DNA of 42,792 nt. Source: a virus. Under the pieces are notes generated by a model. The model saw only the letters and a program-made list of their open reading frames with translations. It had not been told where the DNA came from and did not search any database. Shown here in pieces: positions 21,453 to 27,698 of this stretch. Position 1 is the first letter of the stretch. Every line of letters starts with the position of its first letter. Where the stretch lies: positions 1 to 42,792 of IMG/VR virus record IMGVR_UViG_3300047335_000010; one strand, 5' to 3'. The position numbers and the translations under genes are program-made.

Positions 21453-22288
21453 ATATTCAGGAATTTAATTATTCGGTTAATTTATTACAGTCGATCCTCT
21501 GGCAATACGACGAAGCGACGAATCTTATCGGATTAATTAATAAAAAAAATAGTTGGTATAACGTTAATCAAACTCAATTTTGGGAGAATTGGTATAACAA
21601 CGTTTTTAATTTATTAACGGCGAATTCTTTCGGTTTATCCGTGTGGTCGATTATCTTAAATTTACCGTTGTTTTTATTAGCAACGCCCGAGCCGGACGAT
21701 GCACCAATATTCGGGTTTAACTCGTTCTTGCAAACCGGTACGTTAATAAGCGGCATGAATACGGTAAGTGGTTTAGCCGATACGTCAAAAATGTTTATAG
21801 GTCAAACACTATGGGACAATAATATTAATATCCCGAACGGGACGACCGTTGCAAGCATTGTAGATGCTAACAATATTACAATGTCAGCGAATGCAAACGG
21901 AAGCGCAACCGAAATTATTACGTTTTTTATCGGTAATAGTTATTTAAATTTTGGTCACTACCCTCGCGTTGGTAATCAAGGCGGCAATTTCTCAAATCGC
22001 GGATCGATTATTGTTCTTACCGCAGAAGAACAGCGTTTCGCGCTACGATTAAAATATTATAAGTTATGCAGTCGAGGCGATGTGACTGACGTTAACCAGT
22101 TTTTAAATTATCTTTGTGCGACATCTAATATCGGATACGCGGGCACGATCTATATGCTCGATAATGTAAACATGACGATCACTTATCATTTTACGACGAC
22201 AACATTCCCGAGTGCGCTTTTAGATACGATAATGCAGTATGATTTATTCCCCCGACCCGCAGGCGTCGGGATTTTATATTCAGCGTAA
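21449..22288 (+). CDS. Baseplate/tail-fibre adaptor (DUF2612-like)
   Basis: The N-terminus NYSVNLLQSILWQYDEATNLIGLI resembles DUF2612. ATGA overlap with the J-like gene. Confidence 0.5.
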   Translation: MNIQEFNYSVNLLQSILWQYDEATNLIGLINKKNSWYNVNQTQFWENWYNNVFNLLTANSFGLSVWSIILNLPLFLLATPEPDDAPIFGFNSFLQTGTLISGMNTVSGLADTSKMFIGQTLWDNNINIPNGTTVASIVDANNITMSANANGSATEIITFFIGNSYLNFGHYPRVGNQGGNFSNRGSIIVLTAEEQRFALRLKYYKLCSRGDVTDVNQFLNYLCATSNIGYAGTIYMLDNVNMTITYHFTTTTFPSALLDTIMQYDLFPRPAGVGILYSA

Positions 22289-22300
22289 GGATACGAGACT

Positions 22301-23380
22301 ATGACACGACTATATTATATCTACCCGTTCGGGACGAGCGCCGATGATTTAACATCCATCCCGAATACGCCTCCGACCGATGGGAGCGTTAACTACCAAA
22401 CCGGATGGACAGACGCGTATGAATTAGACTTATTGACTAACCCCGCCGCTCTCCCGATCCCACGCGGACAGATGAATCAATTACTTTTAGATATTACGAC
22501 GAACATACAGCAATATCAGCAATATGGCGTGCCCTTCTGGATAAGCTCGGCCGATAACGGCGGCTCGTCTTTCCCGTACGCGCAATGGGCGCTCGCGAGT
22601 TATGGCGGCATCGTGTACGAAAGTCAGGTCGCAAGTAATGTATCAACCCCCGGAACCGATCCGAACTGGTTGCAATTGTCCGCAAATTATAATGGGGTAC
22701 AACCGGGCGTTGTTATCGACTACGCAGGATATAGCGGCGTCGTGGTGCCGGGCGTTCCAATCCCGAATTTGCCCGGATATTTTCTTTGCGACGGTACGGC
22801 AATAAGCCGTTCGACTTATTTAAATTTACGCGAAGCAATCACGATCACGCAGACGGGTACAACAACCAATACGATGAGCACCATAAGCGGATTGACGGAT
22901 ACATCCGATATGTATATCGGAATGCCGATCGAAGGTACGAACATACCGTTATCAACAACGGTTGCAACTATCGTCGATGCAAATAATATTACAATCTCAA
23001 ACCCGGCGACCGGAAGCGGGTCGGGAACGCTCGTCTTTTTCCCGTGGGGCAATGGTGACAATGCAACGACCTTTAACCTGCCCGATTTACGACGCAAAAC
23101 AACGGCGGGCAAATTCGGCACAGGCAGCACGACGTTAGGGAACAAGGTCGGTCAAAGTGGCGGTGAAGAAGCGCACACAATGACGACCGATGAGCTCGTC
23201 CATCACTCGCACAATGCAACCAGCGCCCAGCAATTTTTGACGACCGGAAGCGGGTTTTTATATGGGGCGGGGACGAATGGCGGGCAATTATCGGGTACAA
23301 CGGCGAACAGTACCGGCGCGCAGAATGCTTTTAATGTCGTGCAGCCGACCGCAATCGTTAATAAAGCGATTAAGTACTAA
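22301..23380 (+). CDS. Tail fibre protein with split phage tail-collar domain
   Basis: Collar motifs GYFLCDGTAISRSTYLNLREAI and FNLPDLRRKTTAG...GEEAHTMTTDELVHHSH are separated by an insertion of about 70 aa. Confidence 0.7.
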   Translation: MTRLYYIYPFGTSADDLTSIPNTPPTDGSVNYQTGWTDAYELDLLTNPAALPIPRGQMNQLLLDITTNIQQYQQYGVPFWISSADNGGSSFPYAQWALASYGGIVYESQVASNVSTPGTDPNWLQLSANYNGVQPGVVIDYAGYSGVVVPGVPIPNLPGYFLCDGTAISRSTYLNLREAITITQTGTTTNTMSTISGLTDTSDMYIGMPIEGTNIPLSTTVATIVDANNITISNPATGSGSGTLVFFPWGNGDNATTFNLPDLRRKTTAGKFGTGSTTLGNKVGQSGGEEAHTMTTDELVHHSHNATSAQQFLTTGSGFLYGAGTNGGQLSGTTANSTGAQNAFNVVQPTAIVNKAIKY

Positions 23381-23871
23381 TGAGCGCCGTATTTGAGGAT
23401 GTGAAAGTCGAGGTCATTGAGGCCGAAGGGTCGGAGTACACGAACGACCCGGCCGATCCCGGCGGTGAGACCAAGTACGGCATAAGCAAACGGGCGTACC
23501 CGGATGAGGACATTAAAAACCTGACGGAAGCCCGGGCGCTCGAATTGTACGAACGGGACTACTGGACGAAGTACGGCCTATCGGATTTAAAGACGCAGGC
23601 CGTCGCGAATAAATTAATGCTGGCAATCGTTAATATGGGCGAATATGAGGCCGTGCTTTCGCTACAACGGGCGATTTATTATTGCGGCCTGTCAGTTACC
23701 CTTGACGGCAAACTCGGCCGCATGACGTATACAGGGGCGAATACCGCGCCTCAACTCTGGCTACTCGATAGTATGCGGGTCGAATATACTCATTATTATC
23801 TCGACCTTGTGGATCGAAATAAGACACTCTTAAAATTCTTGCATGGATGGGTCAAGAGGGCGATGAGATGA
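23380..23871 (+). CDS. Endolysin, glycoside hydrolase family 108-like
   Basis: EGSEYTNDPADPGGETKYGISKRAYP matches the GH108 signature EGGY.NDP.DPGGETKYGI. Confidence 0.8.
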   Translation: MSAVFEDVKVEVIEAEGSEYTNDPADPGGETKYGISKRAYPDEDIKNLTEARALELYERDYWTKYGLSDLKTQAVANKLMLAIVNMGEYEAVLSLQRAIYYCGLSVTLDGKLGRMTYTGANTAPQLWLLDSMRVEYTHYYLDLVDRNKTLLKFLHGWVKRAMR

Positions 23872-24092
23872 AATTATTCAAGGATATTCTAACTGGCGCA
23901 GATAACGACACGTTCGATCATGGGCGTGTGGTGGGCTTAATGAGTTTTCTCGTATATTTCGTATTGGCATTTTACGACCTGATTACCGAACATAAATGGC
24001 AGGCGATGGATTTCGCAACCGGTGTAAGCGCGATGGCGGTCGGGTTCGGGGCTAACCTTAAACTTAAAAGCGATACGGAGCCGAAAGCATGA
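23868..24092 (+). CDS. Putative holin
   Basis: 74 aa with two hydrophobic segments (VVGLMSFLVYFVLAFYDLI and FATGVSAMAVGFGANL). ATGA overlap with the endolysin stop, and it lies between the endolysin and spanin genes. Confidence 0.55.
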   Translation: MKLFKDILTGADNDTFDHGRVVGLMSFLVYFVLAFYDLITEHKWQAMDFATGVSAMAVGFGANLKLKSDTEPKA

Positions 24093-24403
24093 CGGAACGA
24101 ATCGAACGAATAATAATGGTTTTTATGGCGACCTTGATCGGGATGCTCGCGGTATGGTTTTTTTATAGTAATTTCCGCATGAATAATTATCGCGAGGAAA
24201 TTATCACGTATCAAACACAAATTGACGCGTTGGAAATGGAATCGGAGCAACAGGCGAAGCGGTTCGACGATTCGAAAAAACGTGCTACCTACGAGATGCA
24301 GCAGGTAAAAGACCAGACGGCGAAGTTACTCGCAACGAAAGTACCCAAAGATTGCAAGCTCGCGATGGATTGGGGGCGACGTGCCGCACAAGCTTTTCGT
24401 TAG
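24089..24403 (+). CDS. i-spanin (Rz-like)
   Basis: N-terminal TM helix MVFMATLIGMLAVWFFY followed by a charged coiled coil. Its 3' end overlaps a lipoprotein ORF. Confidence 0.6.
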   Translation: MTERIERIIMVFMATLIGMLAVWFFYSNFRMNNYREEIITYQTQIDALEMESEQQAKRFDDSKKRATYEMQQVKDQTAKLLATKVPKDCKLAMDWGRRAAQAFR

Positions 24404-24620
24404 CCTTATCGTGATTGCACTCGCCGGGTGCGCGACGAAACCGACGCGGCTCGCATACGATTGCCCGCGCATCGAATTGCCGCCCGATCCGATCACAACG
24501 GTCACGGCGCTTAACGATGAATCCGGCGCGGATGAGATTATCAAAGCATGGGTCGCAACGGCCTACGCTTACCGCGGCTGGAATTTAGTCGTACGAAAAC
24601 AAGTAGAAAATTCCAAGTAA
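24381..24620 (+). CDS. o-spanin (Rz1-like outer-membrane lipoprotein)
   Basis: Signal peptide with lipobox LAGC (LFVSLIVIALAGCATKPT) and a Pro-rich mature part. GTG start after GGGGG, overlapping the i-spanin 3' end by 23 nt. Confidence 0.7.
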   Translation: MPHKLFVSLIVIALAGCATKPTRLAYDCPRIELPPDPITTVTALNDESGADEIIKAWVATAYAYRGWNLVVRKQVENSK

Positions 24621-24811
24621 CCAAGATATCATTCTTTCATGGCAACCGCGGCGTTGACAGCGAAACGCACGAGTATGGGAATACGAAAGCCCATTCGATA
24701 ACCGCGAACTTTGACTGTGAAGGGGAAGCGTGTCGGAACCTTCTGCAAACGTAAGGACAGTCTAGCCGGTGCAATTCCGGCCGATTGCCAATTAATTAAT
24801 GAGAGGAAGTT

Positions 24812-25126
24812 ATGGAACTAAATATAAGCCCGCAAGATATAGATAAATACGTCAAAGACGTACTACTTCAATGTACAATCGGAAAAAATATAAAAGAAGG
24901 TATCGAAAAAAGTGTAAAGGAAATTTTCTCGGGTTATCGTAACCCAGTCGATGAATTCGTTAAGGCCGAACTTAATAATATAGTTAAAGAATATATGAAT
25001 AGAGACGAAGTTAAACCTATTATTATTGAAGCAATCGCAAAAGCTATTACTCCCGACGCCATTCAAACTATCGTTAATTATGGGGTAAGCGAAGTAGCGA
25101 GACGATACAAGGAATATAATACCTAA
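24812..25126 (+). CDS. Hypothetical protein (AT-rich accessory cassette)
   Basis: 104-aa helical K/E/I-rich ORF with RBS GAGAGGAAG. Its composition is clearly AT-richer than the structural genes. Confidence 0.55.
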   Translation: MELNISPQDIDKYVKDVLLQCTIGKNIKEGIEKSVKEIFSGYRNPVDEFVKAELNNIVKEYMNRDEVKPIIIEAIAKAITPDAIQTIVNYGVSEVARRYKEYNT

Positions 25127-25341
25127 TGACTCGCGACGAATTTAGAAAAAAGTACGAGAAACATGTCTATCTAGGGGATTCGGTATACGCTCGTTTCGAT
25201 GGCTACCATATCATACTCGAAACGATAAATGGACTCCCTGACGATCCAAGTAATTCAATAGCGCTCGAACCGGACGTTATGCTGAAGTTATTAGACTATC
25301 AAACGTGGCTATATCAAGAAGCTGAGGCTATCGAGAAATGA
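25126..25341 (+). CDS. Hypothetical protein
   Basis: 71-aa ORF whose start overlaps the upstream stop (TAATG). Confidence 0.5.
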   Translation: MTRDEFRKKYEKHVYLGDSVYARFDGYHIILETINGLPDDPSNSIALEPDVMLKLLDYQTWLYQEAEAIEK

Positions 25342-25544
25342 AAATACTTACTTTAGAGCAAACTGACGCGCGCGAAGTTAAGATCGTTGCGTCTGCAATT
25401 ACCGCCGTCGCAAAGATCGAAATCAGCGAGACACATTCCGTGCTTGACGTGCATTGCGTGGTAACGAGTTATAACGTGACCGATACACACGAGGTTATAA
25501 AAGATACGTATGACGCATTAATCGCGGAATTAAAATCGCTATGA
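25338..25544 (+). CDS. Hypothetical protein
   Basis: 68-aa ORF with ATGA overlap. Confidence 0.5.
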   Translation: MKILTLEQTDAREVKIVASAITAVAKIEISETHSVLDVHCVVTSYNVTDTHEVIKDTYDALIAELKSL

Positions 25545-25798
25545 AAATTCATATTAATATAGAACGGTGCGACAATGACCCAGATTTAAAAAAATTAAGA
25601 ATTTACGATGAATACAATAATCTTATTTATAGTTTTCATGGCAAACATAGTTGGATCGAGGATTTATCAATTCGACAAATCGACACGATTGAGCATATTA
25701 CTAATGCTATTTTAAGAGAAGTGAGGCGAAGAAATGAAGAGATATGTCAGCCAATTTGTGATCCGTCAACGGTCGCTACAATTACGCGCGAGATTTAA
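25541..25798 (+). CDS. Hypothetical protein
   Basis: 85-aa ORF with ATGA overlap. Confidence 0.5.
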   Translation: MKIHINIERCDNDPDLKKLRIYDEYNNLIYSFHGKHSWIEDLSIRQIDTIEHITNAILREVRRRNEEICQPICDPSTVATITREI

Positions 25799-25858
25799 AC
25801 CGATCCTCTGGGATTCGTTAAAGCTCGGAACTTATATCCGAAAGAAACATGGGGCGTT

Positions 25859-26146
25859 ATGAACCTATCTGATCACGTGTGCTCTCTCGAACTAGCGACA
25901 CGATTAAAAGAGCTCGGCGTCAAACAGGAAAGCATGTTTTCATGGTTTCATTGTTCCGACGGTTCGTATGAGCTTGACTACGGTTTAGACGGGATTCCGC
26001 CACTACCGGATGAATATATCTCGGCGTTCACCGTTTCGGAGCTTGATCTATTAATACCTACGATACTCCGTCGATCCGAAACGGAAGCGGACATAAGAGC
26101 GAAAAAGTTAATTAACGTATTGGAGCTTAAAAATGGTCTCAGGTGA
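25859..26146 (+). CDS. Hypothetical protein
   Basis: 95-aa ORF with N-terminal SLELATRLKELGVKQES, preceded by GGGG. Confidence 0.5.
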   Translation: MNLSDHVCSLELATRLKELGVKQESMFSWFHCSDGSYELDYGLDGIPPLPDEYISAFTVSELDLLIPTILRRSETEADIRAKKLINVLELKNGLR

Positions 26147-26438
26147 ACCGACTCTTATCGAATGTAAGCGTTGCGGCAAATGCGTCGAACTCAATACGCT
26201 GCACGGGTGTACGCCCGTTGATAACGTTAATCATCCGCCACATTATACGAGCTCAAAAGCCATGTGCTCGGGATGCGAAAAAACTATCGAATGTATAGAC
26301 GTGACGCGTCATTTAAGTTTTAACATCGGTAACGCGATAAAATATCTTTGGCGGTACAAAGACAAAAATGGCATCGAAGACCTACAGAAAGCAATCTGGT
26401 ATATCAACGACGAGATCGAGAAATTATGGAAGTTATAA
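26133..26438 (+). CDS. DUF3310-like protein with N-terminal CxxC...C zinc-ribbon-like segment
   Basis: VNHPPHYTS...IECIDV...FNIGNAIKYLWRYKDKNGIEDLQKAIWYI matches the DUF3310 (SaV-like) signature. The N-terminus carries CKRCGKC. Confidence 0.65.
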   Translation: MVSGEPTLIECKRCGKCVELNTLHGCTPVDNVNHPPHYTSSKAMCSGCEKTIECIDVTRHLSFNIGNAIKYLWRYKDKNGIEDLQKAIWYINDEIEKLWKL

Positions 26439-26524
26439 CCAACTGGCCGCAAGCGTTCGTCGGTATGGGTGTCGCATTCGCCGCGGCGGCCGTTTTAATC
26501 GTTTTAATTATATGGCAGTCGTAA
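26426..26524 (+). CDS. Possible 32-aa single-pass membrane peptide
   Basis: MEVITNWPQAFVGMGVAFAAAAVLIVLIIWQS. It is below the ORF-track size cutoff, fills the gap to parA and overlaps the DUF3310 gene end. Confidence 0.3.
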   Translation: MEVITNWPQAFVGMGVAFAAAAVLIVLIIWQS

Positions 26525-26525
26525 C

Positions 26526-27158
26526 GTGATTATATCCCTACTTCAAGAAAAGGGCGGTAGCGGCAAGACGACGATCTCGATTAATCTCGCGAAAGCGTTT
26601 CAATCACTCGGCTATACGGTATTACTCGTCGATTCCGATCCGCAGGGCTCAACGCGCGATTGGCATACGAATAATAATGGCAATACCCTCGATGTGATTG
26701 GCCTTGACCGACCAACGATCGATAAAGATATAAAACGGTTTACCCGCCAGTATGATTATATTTTTATTGATGGCGCGCCGCATTTATCCGTCATGGTCAC
26801 GAAGACTATTATTATATCTGACGTCGTGCTCGTCCCGGTTCAGCCGTCGCCGTACGATGTGTGGGCGAGCGCCTCGCTCGTCTCGCTCATTAAGCAGCGC
26901 CAAGAGATAACGGATGGCAAGCCCAAAGCCGCGTTCGTTATTAGCCGCAAGATCGTCGGGACGAATATCGGGCGAGAAGTTAATACCGCCTTGATTGAGT
27001 ACGGCTTGCCGATCGTCTCGGGCGGTACGTGCCAACGCGTGAGTTATGCGGAGACGGCCGCAAAGGGCTTGACCGTTTTATCGAGTGACGATAATTCGGC
27101 CAAGAGCGAAATGAGCATACTAGCCGCGAATGTATTGGAGTTTTCTAAAAATGATTAA
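26526..27158 (+). CDS. parA: ParA/Soj-family partition ATPase (small, type Ib-like)
   Basis: Deviant Walker A in MIISLLQEKGGSGKTTISINLA, then LLVDSDPQGS and IFIDGAP. 210 aa with no N-terminal HTH. GTG start. Confidence 0.85.
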   Translation: MIISLLQEKGGSGKTTISINLAKAFQSLGYTVLLVDSDPQGSTRDWHTNNNGNTLDVIGLDRPTIDKDIKRFTRQYDYIFIDGAPHLSVMVTKTIIISDVVLVPVQPSPYDVWASASLVSLIKQRQEITDGKPKAAFVISRKIVGTNIGREVNTALIEYGLPIVSGGTCQRVSYAETAAKGLTVLSSDDNSAKSEMSILAANVLEFSKND

Positions 27159-27336
27159 AGCTAAAAAAGATACGTCACGGGTCGCAAAGCTTCAAAAGCA
27201 AATGTTATCGCCCAAGAAAAATTTAAACGTCGAGATCGACGCGGCGCTATTCAAACGATTTAAAGCGAAGGTCGCCGCGAACGGTGAGACCATGACGGAA
27301 ATTCTCACCGGGGCGATACTGGACTATTTAGCGTGA
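27151..27336 (+). CDS. Ribbon-helix-helix partner protein (ParG/CopG-like centromere-binding candidate)
   Basis: 61 aa with a basic N-terminal tail, then NLNVEIDAALFKRFKAKVAANGETMTEILTGAILDYL (beta strand, helix, helix pattern). ATG at 27151 overlaps the parA stop. Confidence 0.55.
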   Translation: MIKAKKDTSRVAKLQKQMLSPKKNLNVEIDAALFKRFKAKVAANGETMTEILTGAILDYLA

Positions 27337-27683
27337 GCGTTTAATAGTTCGGCTTGTAGATTTCCGTCTTTACGATATACCTGACAAGAGATACGGAATT
27401 TTTCCGTTTCTTTCGTCAAATTATCTTGTCCAGATGCGATCAAATGAACGAGCCAGATATCGGGATTACTCGTATCAAGCGCATACGATTTATTTAAATC
27501 GAATTTAATTGCGTCAGTTTTATCAATCTTTTTCGCTTCAAATACACAGGTGTCGACGATCTTATCGTAAATTTTATTAGGTAATAGTGCGTAACCTATC
27601 CCGATAATAATTAAGAATGTGATAATAGCGACGACTAAGGGTACTAGTATAGAATTAAGGATATCTTTAAATATTGGTTTCAT
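27324..27683 (-). CDS. Membrane-anchored hypothetical protein (last gene of leftward operon)
   Basis: 119 aa with N-terminal TM helix ILVPLVVAIITFLIIIGIGYALL. AT-rich, and its 3' end overlaps the convergent RHH gene by 13 nt. Confidence 0.55.
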   Translation of the reverse strand: MKPIFKDILNSILVPLVVAIITFLIIIGIGYALLPNKIYDKIVDTCVFEAKKIDKTDAIKFDLNKSYALDTSNPDIWLVHLIASGQDNLTKETEKFRISCQVYRKDGNLQAELLNAHAK

Positions 27684-27698
27684 GGTTTCTTGCTTTCC

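Noticed and set aside
24621-24811. A tRNA or known riboswitch in the post-lysis intergenic region
   Set aside because: I could not build a cloverleaf (no 7-bp acceptor stem, no T-loop GTTCGAATC-type arm). I recognised no riboswitch consensus. It is kept only as a low-interest structured region.
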